In this document: positions 38,030 through 50,628 of the stretch, one piece after another | How the letters are laid out: the number at the start of each line of letters is the position of its first letter | How positions within the stretch are numbered: the stretch's first letter is position 1 | Assembly (NCBI RefSeq): GCF_036321535.1 | Contig: NC_087436.1 | Span: 87,422,001 to 87,486,000, forward strand | Source of the DNA: Camelus dromedarius | Lineage: Eukaryota | Length of the DNA: 64,000 nucleotides | Direction of reading: 5' to 3' | The notes under the pieces: model-generated | Told to the model about the DNA's origin: nothing | Databases searched by the model: none | The model's input: only the letters and a program-made list of their open reading frames with translations | Program-made: the position numbers and the translations under genes

Positions 38030-39682
38030 TAACAGCAACAGCCTCCTAGCTGGTCTCAGCACCACTGGTCTTGTGTACCTTCAGTGGTCCCACCACTTAT
38101 CTTGAAGCCATCATCCAACACATCTCTCTAATGCTCAATTCTGTTCATGGAACTTTCCTGATGAAAATTCTCCAGTGGTTTTCTATTGCCCTCAGGATAA
38201 TATCTAACCTCCTTATTCTGGAATAGCATACCATTTATGATTTGACCATTTTCCCCACTTTTCTACCTTGGTTTCCAAACTACATGTCATTTTCTCAAAT
38301 GTCTGTTCACCCTTATTTGCACAAATTATTTCCTCTCCCCAGAAGACTCCCCACTGCTGCTTCCCCAATCCTCCTTACTAATTCACTTCACCTCCATGCC
38401 ACCATGGTCTAACCAGGACTATTGCAGAAGCCACCTCACAGATCTCTCTTCTTCTACTCCTGCCCACCCCATACCCCTCCCCTCAATCCATTCTCTGAGA
38501 GTAGCATATGGGTTGGGTGGCTTTAAAGCATAAACCTCTGTCTGAAAGATCTGTCACTCTTCTGCCCCTTGGTGGCCTACCCTCACCAAGGCCCACAAGA
38601 CCCAGCATAGCCTGGCCCAGTTCACCTGCACACCTTTCACCTCGAGTACCAGTGCTCCATCCACACTGGCCTCCTTCCTGTCTCTTGTCGCTGCCTCAGG
38701 AGATTTGCAGTTGCCGTTTTCTTGGTTGGGAATGCTCTTTCCCTAGTTCTTTGCATGGCTGGGTGCTTCGCAACCTTTGGGTCCCAGCTCTCTCTCCTCA
38801 GAGAGCCCTTTGCAGACTGTCCTTCCACTCTATTTCTTTTTTAATTGAAATGCAGTCAGTTTACAATGTTTTGTCAATTTCTGGTGTACAGTATTATGTT
38901 TCAGTCATGCATATATATACATATATTTGTTTTCATATTCTTTTTCATTATCGGTTATTACAAGATATTGAATATAGTTCCCTGTGCTATACAGTAGAAA
39001 CTTGCTGTTTATCTATTTTATATATATTAGTTAGTATCTGCAAATCCTGAACTCCCAATTTATCCTTTTCCCTCCCTTCCCCCACTGGTACCCATAAGTT
39101 TGTTTTCTATGTCTGTGAGTCTGCTTCTGTTTTATAAATAAGTTCATTTGTCTCCTTTTTTAAGATTCCACATATAAGTGATATCATATGGTATTTTTCT
39201 TTCTTTTTCTGGCTTACTTCACTTAGAATGACAATCTCCAGGAGGTCCATCCATGTTGCTGTAAATGGCATTATTTTATCCTTTTTTATGGCTGAATAGC
39301 ATTCCATTGTAAAAACATACCACAGCTTCTTTATCCAGTCATCTGTCGATGGACATTTGGGTTGTTTCCATGTCTTGGCTCTTGTAAATAGCTTCCACTC
39401 ACTCTAAATTCAGGAGGGCTGTCTTCCCTGGCTGCCACCCCGGCCATTCTCCATCACAGTATCCTGCTTATATCCTCCCCTGTGCCTTTCACAGCCATAA
39501 CCATTTGGTGTACTTGCTTTTGTATTGTTTTATGTATTTATTATCTCTCTTCCACTGGACTGAAAAATGAAGGATCTCATCTGTTTTAGTCATCAGCTTG
39601 TCTTCAGCACCCTGTACAATGCCCAGCCCAAAGTAAAGCTCCATACATATTTGTTGAATAGAAGAGAGACTGAATGAATGAA
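38030..39682 (+). mobile_element. L2 LINE relics interrupted by a young L1
   Basis: 'cagcctcctagctggtctc', 'ttgccctcaggataa', 'ggaatgctctttccc', and the 3' end 'atatttgttgaata...gaatgaatgaatg'. Confidence 0.7.
38831..39391 (-). mobile_element. Young 5'-truncated LINE-1 3' end
   Basis: Antisense L1 3'UTR and ORF2 end; TSD cttccactc at 38822-38830 and 39392-39400. Confidence 0.93.
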
Positions 39683-40779
39683 TGTCTCCTCCACAGCCCA
39701 GCACGAGCATCATCTCATCGCAGAAGCTTTTCCCGACCCCTCCCAGCTAAACTGGGCTTCCTATTTCAGATATTGATTTTCTCATATTCCTCCCCATCCC
39801 CAGGCTGGCTGATCATTAAGAGAAAGAACTGAGTGCCAAGCACCGTGCCTGGTGCAGATGGTGAGGGGTTTATAACGTCTCTTGGATTAATGAAGACTGA
39901 ATATGTGAAAAAACCTGCCAGTTTCCATGACAGCTCACAGCTCCAACCACAGTCACCTGCATCTCCTTCTCCCTTTGTCACCCTGCTCCAGCACAGTGCC
40001 AGGCACAGGGAAGGCATTCAGGAATCTTTGTTAAATGGATGAATAAATACATTTTTAAAAGAATAATAGAACTGTAAAGCTTATCTTTTTACTAGCAACT
40101 CCCCTTTCACAAAACTTTGCTTAAACTTTAGCTTCCTGGCATTTTGTCACTTACCAAGAAGAATATGAATTTTCTGAGTCTAAAAATATCGTAAGCATTT
40201 TTTTTCTTTTAGCAGGGGCTACTGTTGACATTTTTTGGATAACTCCTTATTAATTCACCCACTCATTTATCCATGTATCTGTTCCCAGAGGCCCAAGCTC
40301 AACTGTCTACACCATAGCACTCTTTACTGATAGGTCCCAAAGCCTAGAGCCACTCTGCAGCCTACTGGGTGAGAGGGACTACTAGCCCTCATTACAGTTG
40401 AGGAATGGGACCCAAGAAATGGGAGAGGATGTGAGCTACAGAACCGGGAGTGAGAGATGTTCTTAGGATTTCAAGTTCCCTCTTCTAACTTAGGTCTGAT
40501 AGAATCTTTCCACCTTGGACCATTACTTCCCCAGAAGCCATCAGGAGTCGACCACACAGTGCCCATTTTCTTTTGCTTCCCTCCTCCCTTTGCCCTACCC
40601 CCACGGCTCCTCCCCTTGTCAATGTGCTGACCTCTCAGGCTTCCTCAGCAAAAGAAAGAGTATCTGGAAGTGCTGAGCAGCAAACTAGTGCTTTCTCATG
40701 CTGTGAATTCTTGAAAGTTCAATGGAAAACCACATAGAGCTTTTTTTCCATTTGTTTTTTGATTTTAAAATAATACGTG

Positions 40780-41227
40780 TTAGACAGGCTGGGAAGTGGG
40801 ACGTGGGACCCTGGGTTGCAATGCTTGCACAGGGACCAAACAACAGAATACAAAAAATAGCTGTGTGCATGCGCAGTTGGGGCATTATGAGCAATAAGAA
40901 ACAAAAAGACCAAAAACCCAACTGTCACTTCTGAGGTGACAGTAGCAGAAGCAGGGTACTGCACATGATCCCTGCACACAACGCCCCCAAGGGGGTGGGC
41001 AGACCACATAAGCCACTCCTCCAACCTGACCCCTGGACCCGCTCCGGCCCTAGCCCCATTTAAGGGACCAGCTCGCCCGCCCTCAGGGAGCGAGCAAGGG
41101 CACTTGTTACTTGTTTTCGCTCCCTCAGGCTGTAGCACAAGTCCCGTTAAAGCCTTGCCTGATCTTTTCGTCTGACCTCTTATCAATTTCTATTGATTAA
41201 AGAGGCCAAGAACCTTGGTCGGTGACA
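40780..41227 (+). mobile_element. ERV1-class solo LTR (same family as 21168-21606)
   Basis: Ends CA at 41227; TSD CGTG/CATG (40776-40779, 41228-41231), a one-base CpG-type difference. Collinear with the reverse complement of the 21.2 kb LTR, e.g. 'tcaatttctattgattaa..aggccaagaacc'. Confidence 0.88.
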
Positions 41228-41390
41228 CATGCTCATTTTTGGAAATTTTACAAAATACAAAAAGGACAATGAAGAAAACTAAAGATGCCCAACAATACCA
41301 TGCCACAGAAATAAGCGCTATTAATGCATTTAATATATCCTTCTACCTGATGTAATCACACTAAGCTTCCTATGTCTATCTTGTTCAGTT

Positions 41391-41891
41391 TGTAGGAGGG
41401 AAGAACAAACCTGACTACATGTTACCTCTGTTCCTTGAGCTCTAACCCTGTGCTCTGTTTCCTGTGTTTAGTCATGCTGGTTCTACACCTTTTATAAAAG
41501 AATATTGCCCATAGCCTAAGGAACATAGGACAGCTCATTCTCAAGGCTCTGACCTTTAAGGTTATAACACTTTTCCATTCATATAGAGATAAAAAGTTGT
41601 AGAACAGAGAAGGTTTACAGGAACATCGTGACCTGACCTAGTGGACAGCTTCAAGAACAAAGAATTTCAACACCAGCAAGTTTGCAACACCTAACCACAC
41701 ACCCCTCCCCTGTTTAGTATAAAAGGAGCCTGAATTCTGACTTGAGGAAGATGGTTCTCTAGGACATTAGTCCCCCATCTTCTTGGTCTGCTGGCTTTCC
41801 TGATAAAGTCATTATTACTTGCCCCAACACCTTGTCTCCCCATGTACTGACCTTCCGTGGAATGAGCAGAACAAGTTTGGATTCAGTAACA
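41391..41891 (+). mobile_element. ERV1-class solo LTR (MER34-like)
   Basis: TG...CA termini, near-TSD AGTT/AATT, TATAAAAG at 41718-41725, MER34-like end 'ttgccccaacacc...gagcagaacaagtttggattcagtaaca'. Confidence 0.82.
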
Positions 41892-41899
41892 AATTCTCT

Positions 41900-42400
41900 T
41901 CCCTGCTTAGGTGCTCAATAAATGATGGATATGTATTTTGAGGGTTTTTTCCCTAAAGTGGGTTCATCCTGTATATACTGTTTGTTATTTACCTTTTAAA
42001 AACCAACATTTTATCATGAACACTACTTCATCTAATATCTTTTTCTAAAAATTATTTTTAATATTTTAAAACAATTTTCATTGGATTCCTTTAAAATACA
42101 GCTGCCTAATATTCTAATGTCTAGGCATAAGTTTTTAAGCAATCCCTCATTGTTGAAATGTTTAAATACATTTCGCCTTTTTTTTCCATTAAAAATAACA
42201 TTACAAGGAGCATTTTTGCCCATAGACGTTTGTGGGTGTATCTGATTTTTTCTATAGTATCCATTCCTAGCGGTGGAATTTCCAGAGGGTTATATATGTT
42301 TAACATTTGTAATATGTATTGGCAACTTGTCCCTAGAAGGCTTGTCCAATTTATACTCCCCAGTAGCGAGGCATGTGGGTGCCTTAGTGTCGTCTGGAGT
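41900..42400 (-). mobile_element. Ancient L1ME-like fragment (host of the two LTRs; also 41228-41345)
   Basis: 'aatccctcattgttgaaatgtttaaata', 'attcctagcggtggaatttccag', 'ccaatttatactccccag'. Confidence 0.65.
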
Positions 42401-43019
42401 TAAATACTTTTGAAGCATCACTTATATTATTTCAGTGCAAAGTGCTATCGAAGCAAGAAGTTTTTATCACTTTACTTCATCTGCTTCTGCTTGAATGCAA
42501 ATCAATTGCTGTAAGTATTCGCATTTTTTTTTTTTTTTGTAAAAGGCATGTTGGCTGCTCACACATCTTCCTGCCAGCTAGAGGACAAACCCACATCCCC
42601 AGTGTTAGATAAGGTGTGCATCTTTGCAGATTCTCGGGCATCCTCAGCCTGCCTCCGTTCAAGCCTTTGGCGATTCCTGGTGTTAGTTCAGATGAAAAGA
42701 GATTATGGTATCCGCTGCCAGCTCCCCTTCCAGGAGGCTGCGCTCCTGCAGGATTCCAGGTGCCTTTGGAAGAACACAGGTGCAACATGCGATACACCTA
42801 AAGATATGGCCACCTTTGAGGTAGCCCGTGAAGTCAGTGCCAGAGACCTCAAGACAAACAGTTCCTCCCAGGGCCTCAATGTCCCCAACTAAACCCCTTC
42901 CTGCTGACCCACCACAGACACCTTCTGTTTTATAGTAAGGCCATTAAGCCCATCCTCATCTGTGTTCTTTCTTAATGGAAACAAACAAACAAACAAACTC
43001 ACAAATGCATAACTCTTTA

Positions 43020-43493
43020 TGTAACTGAGCAAGACCCTGTGGGGCCTTCCTGGGACAGACCCCTCCCCTGTATCCTCTGCTGTAGCTCCTCTCTGAACTA
43101 CCCAGATAATAGTACCTCGTGTATATTTCCTGAGATTTTCAGATGCCAAATACCACCACCAAAGGGAAGAAATGAACTACTTGATGATCATGAGCACGTG
43201 GCCCCCAGACTTCTGGCGACCAGGGGTTGATGGTGTTGACCGCCCTGTTACCTCAACATCAACAAATCAGAGAATCGTGCACGAGCTGATCACATACCTG
43301 CGACCCTCCTCCCTCACCTGGCCTTTAAATATGCTTTGCTGAAACCCTTCAGGGAATTCGTGGTTTTCTTGGGCATGGGCCACCCCATCCTCCTTGCTCA
43401 GCCCTGCAAAAACCTTTCTCTGCTCCAAGCTCCAACCTCTCTATTTGTTTGGCCTCATGGTGCGCCAGGCACATGAACTTGCCTCGGGTAATA
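43020..43493 (+). mobile_element. ERV1-class solo LTR (related to 8798-9352)
   Basis: Starts TG, ends TA (decayed CA), perfect TSD TTTA (43016-43019, 43494-43497). The 5' end 'actgagcaagaccctgtggggccttcctggg' and the 3' end resemble the 8.8 kb LTR. Confidence 0.85.
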
Positions 43494-44921
43494 TTTATAC
43501 CCTATTAATCATTTAGAGAATGAGATGGAATGGTCATACAAACTCTCAAATAAATCTCACTTGGTTCCTTCTCCCTTTGTCTCTGCACCCAGATTCAAGA
43601 CAAGTGGGAGGAACAGGGAGTTAGCTTACCTATAAGTTCATGGCGTCACTCAGAACATCCTAAACCAGTGAATGCTAGGCTCACTGCTACCCCCATCTCT
43701 TCTTCCTCTCAACTCTTCGTAGGAGGGTTGTCAATCAAGGAGATTTGTCCCAGACAACTAAACCCTGGAGAAGTGTGAGGGAGGAGCCCGTTGACTTTAG
43801 AAAAACATCTAAGGATTCTTTTAAATATATAACCCTTTTAATACACGGAGCAATAGAAAAGGTATATAAGTAACCATTTTAAAAATCAATATTCTGTTAG
43901 CATATTTAAAAATCCCATTTCTATGTTTTAATTTAATTTTAATTTTATTAGTATATTATTATCAACTAAATGTCAGTACCTGTATACTCATATCCCCGTG
44001 TTAATAGATGCCTGATACTGATGGCTGTTAAAGAAATAGCTCTCTGTCACACATTTTGCCATTCTCTTCCGTATCCTCATCCTTCCTTACTACTCTCGTC
44101 CCGTTCTTTTGCTAAATGTAGGACGAGCACGTCATAGAAATTAATTGACTCATTTCAAAGACAGAGGGAAATAGGCTTCTTTATTGCCTTCCAACAGAGA
44201 GCACAGAATGGACCAGGGGAAATAAAAAATTCTAGAACAATGTGAACACTCATCTGAATATTTTATCCAACAAGAACCTGGCCCCATGAGGCTCCCACTT
44301 GGAGGAAACAGTAGGACACGGATGGAACAAGCTCTAACCTGGCCCCAACGGCCGTGCAGGGAGGGATCTGGAGGAAAGCTCAGGAGTGGCGCTGGACTGC
44401 CCCGCTGGCCGGGAGGCCTGGAGACTGACCTCTTAGAGGGATGAAGTCCCCCTCAGGAAAAGAGGCCGCTCCCTGGCACCATCAGAACTGACTTGTGTGG
44501 CTCGAAGCTCTGCAGGCACATTTTCTTGCTCCAGTGAGTGTCCCTGGGTATATGGTGCAGCTGCAAGGGCTCGTAAAGCCAGTACCGTGACTTCATCTCT
44601 GGCCGGAGAGCAGATTATTACACAGAGCAGGAGCCACCAGCCTGAGCTAAACAGGGATGAGCAGGGACGCTTGGAAACGACTGAAGGGTGGCCTGTGTGC
44701 ATTAAAAACCACACTATACCAAGAACGGAATGGTGTTGCTCTAAGTTAACAATATCTTGCCTGAGTATCAAGGAGGCTGGTACGTACGTAGGCACCTGAC
44801 CCAGGTTTTATTCAACAGATGCCCAGTGTCCTACATCTGGCTCCTTAAGGGCTGGCTGGGGCCCCATATGACAAGGAGATCATTTGTCTTAAGCTGGTTT
44901 TAGTCATTCCCTAATGTTGAG

Positions 44922-44996
44922 ATGTGTGTGTGTGCGTGCGCATATGTGTGTGTGTGTGTGTGTGTGTGCGTGTGTGTGAGTGTGCGCGCGCATGCA
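44922..44996. repeat. (TG)n/(CG) compound microsatellite
   Basis: About 75 bp of almost uninterrupted purine-pyrimidine alternation. Confidence 0.92.
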
Positions 44997-47584
44997 GTAA
45001 AATCTACTTAAGTAGGGAACTTGAGAGAGGCCCCTCCTCTGAACATCTTTAGGGCATAAAAATTCTCTTGCTTTGGCAGGAGAAATTTGGGACTTATATA
45101 TGGCATATAGCAATCTGTGGTGAAGGTTGGCTCTGAAAATGCTACTGGTGGTGGTGTTTTGACATTGGAGAGCTGGGCATGGAAGGTCAAGTTCTCCCTT
45201 GGGTCACACGGTTGTTCATAGCTCATGTTACCATGTTATGTAGACATCAAAAGAGCCATGCATTTTGGGGCATTGTGATAGCTGCGTATGTATTTGAATC
45301 CTAATTTCTGAGTATTGAATCCGATTTTATAAACACTAGGGCAGTACGTTATTTAAAAGATACTTTGTGAGTCCTTTTGTTTGGTGGGCCTGGGAGAACA
45401 AACATTTACCTCCCTCAGACAAAAGAAATACTCAATTCTAATAGTGGGCAATCGTATTACTTATAAAAATCAGAATCTATCAGTGTTATTTACAAAGTCC
45501 TTCAATATTTTTTTCAAAATAAAAATATATTTTTCTTATCACTTCTTAATGGAACACTCCATTTTGTAATATTTTTCAAAGGACATTTTAAAAAAAGCAA
45601 AGATATCAAAGGACAGCTTTCAAAGCATCGATGTGCTAAATAATGACAATGCTTTTTCATTTGCTGCTCAAAGTCTCTTCATGAAGCCGTGACGACCCTG
45701 ATGTGTTCTCAGCACTTCCAATCGACCACACCTGCCCTACTCTGGGTACTTCCAGTTAGAAAGTCATTTAAAGCAAGGCTTGCAAACTGAGGTTGCCCAC
45801 CCCTAGCTCTTAGTTACTCGTATGTGGTTAATCTGCTGTCGCACGGCTGGGCTTCAGGACTGGTGAGATGTCACCCGGGCTATTTCCTTCTCAACTCTAG
45901 GATTAAATGAGGCTCCTTAGGGGTATAAGTCAGAATCCTCTAGGAGCCAGACTGCAGACTCCCTAGAGAGCAGCTGTGAGACGAGGTGTATCCATCAAAG
46001 AAGCATTCTTAACCAAGATGGACACTGGGTGGTGATCAGCAATCTTTGCTGCATACACTGTACTTTTATAGACAAGAAAACTGAACACAGAGAAGTTCCA
46101 GCTTAGTTTCAAAAGTTGTAACTATTTACCATGGGTTACTATTACCAACACCCATTAGAGTCAAAAGGTATGCTTTTCTTTCTACTATTCAACATGGATT
46201 TGTTTCCCAAGTGCTAAGTGAGCAGCCTCCATGAGCCAAGTGCGCTGATGCCATGGAGACATGAACAGAGACCTGGCTTTGGAGGGACTTTGCAGTCCAG
46301 TGGGGCAGACAGACAGCCAGCTGGGTGAGAAGATGCTGCTGCTGCTGCTTCTCCTACTGTGGCTTCCCTTCTTCTCTGGTCCACATTCAGATCGCTACTC
46401 CGACTTGGACAACTCCATTTTTCCACCCCATTCTGGTTACCAAAGGACTATATATTTCTCCAAAATGTACCACCCTTGACTTTCACAGGAGGCAGCAGTG
46501 ACCTCTCTGAGGGGATAAGCTCTGAGTTGTCTTCCTGGTGGTGGCGATGAGTTTGCATGAAGACACTGACACTCATTCTGTCCATCTTTTAAAACCAGAT
46601 GCCTTTCAAATAGCAGAAACTCCACAAATATTGACAAATTGACCCTTTGGAGCACAGTCTGGACTTGAAATGGAAAAGATCCAAGATTACAAGGGAGGAA
46701 GGAGAGGAAGAGCTACACAAAGGAATTGAACAGTGTTCGCAGCTGTCCCATTCATTTTGTTTGATCGAATTCCCTGACTTGGGTGAGGCAAGGCTGTATG
46801 CAGATTCGACTGCATTCCTGGCTTCATTTTAGATCACCACCCTTGTTTTTCCTTCTCCTTTCATTCCTTTTTCAATTTATGTTTTCCTGATGTATATTTG
46901 AATCCCTTTAAGCCTCCTTACATTTTTTTCTGGAACAAGGCAAAATAGAAATTAACCAACGGGTAAAGATTAGTCTATGACAGTGGTCGTATTTCTCCAT
47001 CTTCTCCTCTCTCTCGGCTCACTGCGCTGGCTTCTGCCTGCTCTGTTCTCTTGTCATGGATCTGTCGTGTGCCACCAGATTGTTCCCGGTGGCTTTTCTC
47101 ACTCCCTACCCTCCTTGCCAGCTCAGCCCTCAGCCCTGGTAGCCATCCCGTCTTCCTCAAGCTCGCTCCTCAGTTTCCATGGTGATGCCTGGTCCTTCCT
47201 CTTACCTCTTCAACTGCTTGTTTGGAGATCCTTTTCTAGTTCTTCTTTCCAACCCCTTTCACTAATTATGATTCTGGGATTCAATTCCTGGCCTTCATCT
47301 TTTTCCATCTCAAGGGGAGTTCATGTACTTCCAGTGTCTACAAGCCCCTTGGAGACAAGGATCATATATATTTTTTAATGTCACAGGAGGCTTTGCACAT
47401 ACTTGGAGCTCAATATGCATCACTGATTTCACTTGATAATTCTAGGAGTGGTTGTCCATAGTGTCCCTCTGGACAGTTTAGAAAAGAATTTCAAGAAAAC
47501 AAATCAACTAGTTAAGGAATATATGTAATTATATTGTCCGGTGAAGTCTTGTAGTCTCATAAACCTAGAAAAGTAAAATGGGCA

Positions 47585-47681
47585 GGGGAGAGGGAAATAG
47601 CTCAGTGGTAGAGCGCATGCTTAGCATGCATGAGGTCCTGGGTTCAATCCCTGGTACCTCTGTTATAAATAAATAAATAAA
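47585..47681 (+). mobile_element. tRNA-Ala(AGC)-derived SINE (camelid-type)
   Basis: A box TAGCTCAGTGG (47598-47608), anticodon arm CATGC-TTAGCAT-GCATG, B box GGTTCAATCC (47641-47650), (AAAT)n tail. Confidence 0.9.
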
Positions 47682-47829
47682 GTGGACAAGGATCGGATCA
47701 AAATCTTTTATTATGTCCACATTAACTTCAGTCCATCTTACAGATGGTGACACAGATTCTGGGTTTTGTTGTTGCTTTTGTTTTTGCATATATTTTCTAA
47801 AACTTGACTCCTTCACTGCTCCCCATCCT

Positions 47830-48410
47830 CAGTTCCATGATGCCACAAGCTGCTTGCAGCCCTATCGCCTGTGACCTGGAGGACCCCAATGGCCTCCTAC
47901 ATGGTCACTGCTGCTTTTAGCCCCTCTTCTGTGTTCTCAACACAGCAGCCAGAAAGATCTTTAAGAGCTGCAATCTGGATGCATTACTCCCCTGCTCCAT
48001 AACCTTCCAAGGCTCCCTACTGCTCTGTGGATAACCTCCTGTCCTTTTGTGTGACCTTCAAGGTCCTGCATAACCTCACTGGCCTTTCTCAGTTCCTAGG
48101 ATTCTCCACCCTCCTTGACCCATTGCCTTTACATATGCTGTCTTCTCTGCCTGGGAGACTCTGAACTCCTCAAATGGGTTCAGAAATGCTGATTATTCAC
48201 TGTTATTCTTCATTATGCTTTTTTTCCCATAGGATTTAAGACAGCTAGAATGAAACAACTCTGAGTATTTATTTATAGCATAGGTCTGCCTTCCCTTGCT
48301 GGGCCAGAAACTCTCCAAAGGCAGACACGGTGCCTCTCTTGTCCACCACTTTATCCCAAGCAACTAGCCTGGCACATAGTAGGTGCTCCATACATGTTTG
48401 TTGAGTGTAT
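47830..48410 (+). mobile_element. L2 LINE 3' region
   Basis: 'caacacagcagccagaaagatcttt...actcccctgctc' and the terminal 'gcctggcacatagtaggtgctccatacatgtttgttga'. Confidence 0.8.
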
Positions 48411-49243
48411 GAAGAAACAGAAGTTGCAAAAGAACCAGGACTTTCTGTCCAGTATCCCAATGTAACCCTTGAGTTTAGAAAGATGTTTAAGGCATTGCTG
48501 GAGATGGAAATTAAAAAGGCAGCTGAGTTGGGAGTGATGTGCTGAAGGGACACAAGAAACAGGCTCCGAGGGCCCTGGTCACTGACTGGGATGTGAGCAG
48601 AATGAGGATTCACAGGAAGGCTGAGCAGAGCAGCCCAAAACCCAAGCCAGGGGTCTTTTCCCCAGTTGGGAAAAACAGGGGCCTATCCGATCTTCCCCAG
48701 TTGCACATAAATGCCCTGACCTACTTCTGCATCCTATTTTGCACACTGTAGATAATCTGTGATTATCTTCTAGGAATTCCGCTAGGTTGCCGCCAACACA
48801 CTAAATAAGTCACAGGTCATGGTTTCTTTTAGAAATAATCACATGTTGAATTTCTCTTCACCTTTTCCTGGCTTATCTTTGTGATTTTGACATATTACTT
48901 AGCATCTCAGGATAAATTGAGAGCTTTGGGGAAAGAGCAGCAGCATCTATGGTTTGAGAAATGCAGACACCAGCCAGAAGACACAGAGCAGCCCTATAAT
49001 TCTCTCCATGACTGTTCGTTGGAGCCCCAGAGCTAACTTCACTGCATCTGATATTTGGCGACACTGGTTTTGTTATTTTTGCGTCTATTAGCAAAATACC
49101 TATGTGAAGTTTTTAGTTATTCTTTTCCTTAAAAAGACACAGGATTTCTTATTTTGAGAGAGTAAATTTTCATGGGACTTTGAAGAAACACAGAATGTAG
49201 CCAGAGATGTGTGTAATTATTCACTCAAAAAGGATGTCTTGGT

Positions 49244-49366
49244 GGGGAGGGTATATAGCACGGTGGTGGAGTGCATGCCTAGCACGCACGAGGTCCTGGG
49301 TTCAATCCCCAGTACTTCCATTAAAAAAAAGAAAGAAAGAAACCTAATTACCTCCCTCCCCCTAAA
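49244..49366 (+). mobile_element. tRNA-Ala-derived SINE (long form with 'aacctaattacctccc' tail)
   Basis: GGGGAGGGTATATAGC...GAGGTCCTGGGTTCAATCCCCAGTACTTCCATTAAAA..., then AACCTAATTACCTCCC. Confidence 0.88.
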
Positions 49367-50402
49367 ATTTTTTAGAAAACAATAACACCGGGTGTGCTGG
49401 CTGCCTACACCTGGCGGGGTGTGGAGGTGAGCGTTAGGTGCTATAGGCAACAGAGTTTTCCAACACAGTCCCTGCTGCCAAAGTGCTTACTTACAATCCA
49501 CTGTAGGACACAAGGTAAGTAGACACTTTTCAAAACTCCATTTCAGGGAGGAAAGTTGCAAGTGTTGTTATAGAAACACACATGCAATTCTACGTACTCC
49601 ACATAGTTTTTATGTTTCTTCTATTATGTTTAGATGAGGGAAAGAGCCTTCCAGCGCTGTCTTGAAAGGTTCTGAAAGGAGGTAAGATTTGAAAGTCTCC
49701 TTAAAAGATGGTAGGTTTTCTTTCCTTTTCCTTCTTAATTTACTTTATTTATTTTAAAGAAATAAACATACATAGACTGTATCAATGAGGGAAAAGGATG
49801 AAAGGATCAAATAAAAACCTAGCAGTATCACTACGCAGAGATCACCTGCACAGAACATTAAAAATCCTGTGTTTTTTTAATGAAAGCTGTTAACCACTTT
49901 TCCTCTATATGTATTTATGGTTTTGTTTTACAAAATTGGCATCGTACACCACGGATCGCTTGTAACCTGGTTTTCTCACTTAACAGTTGACCATGAACCC
50001 CTCTCCATGTCTGCTTGTCGGTCAGTGCTTGGGTACATTTTTTACTGGGCAGCGGGTAGGGGGAAGATGCCTAAGTCTGAGCTGCAGAATCTTCAAGAAC
50101 AACGTCTAGGAGCAAAGTCTAGGCTTTGGGGAGGAGCCACCTCAGCCAGAGACCGCCGAAGTCCCGCTGGGCGCACAATTCCAACTTTGCCAGTTCTCTT
50201 CTTGACATCAGACGATGCTGGCTACACTTCAAAAACACACCAAAGCACGACATCTTACCGTGCTGGTCAGTCACTACCTGGTCTATACCACCCACCCAAG
50301 TGCTATGAGATACTTGGGGAAACAAAAGGTCATTAAGAAAATCATTCCTCTACCTGATGGAGCAGAGCTGTGGTCACTGCTGGGAGTGTCCCTTGGCCTT
50401 TT

Positions 50403-50628
50403 TATTGGGGGAGGAGGTAATTAGGCTTTTTTATTTTTATTTTTTAACAGTTTTTTAAAAATTGAAATATAGTCAGTTTACAACTTGCGTCAGTTCGTGG
50501 GGTACAGCATGTTTCAGTCATACATATACATACATATATATATTTATTTAATGGAGGTCCTGGGGATTGAACCCAGGAGCTCATGCGTGCTAAGTACGTG
50601 CTCTACCACTGAGCCGCACGCTCCCTCT
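50403..50628 (-). mobile_element. tRNA-Ala-derived SINE carrying an internal L1 3'-terminal fragment
   Basis: Perfect 12-bp TSD ccttggcctttt (50391-50402, 50629-50640). SINE head at ~50549-50628, tail at ~50407-50426, L1 3'-end sequence at ~50452-50545. Confidence 0.88.

Noticed and set aside
38508..39050. 180-aa ORF
   Set aside because: It runs across an L2 relic and an antisense L1 insertion; a chance frame.
8798..43493. Full provirus bounded by the two related + strand LTRs
   Set aside because: They are 34 kb apart, have different TSDs and diverged middles, and no gag/pol/env lies between them.
47590..47662. tRNA-Ala gene (also 16.9, 49.2, 50.6 and 53.3 kb)
   Set aside because: Broken acceptor stems, A-rich tails, TSDs and multiple diverged copies identify these as SINEs.
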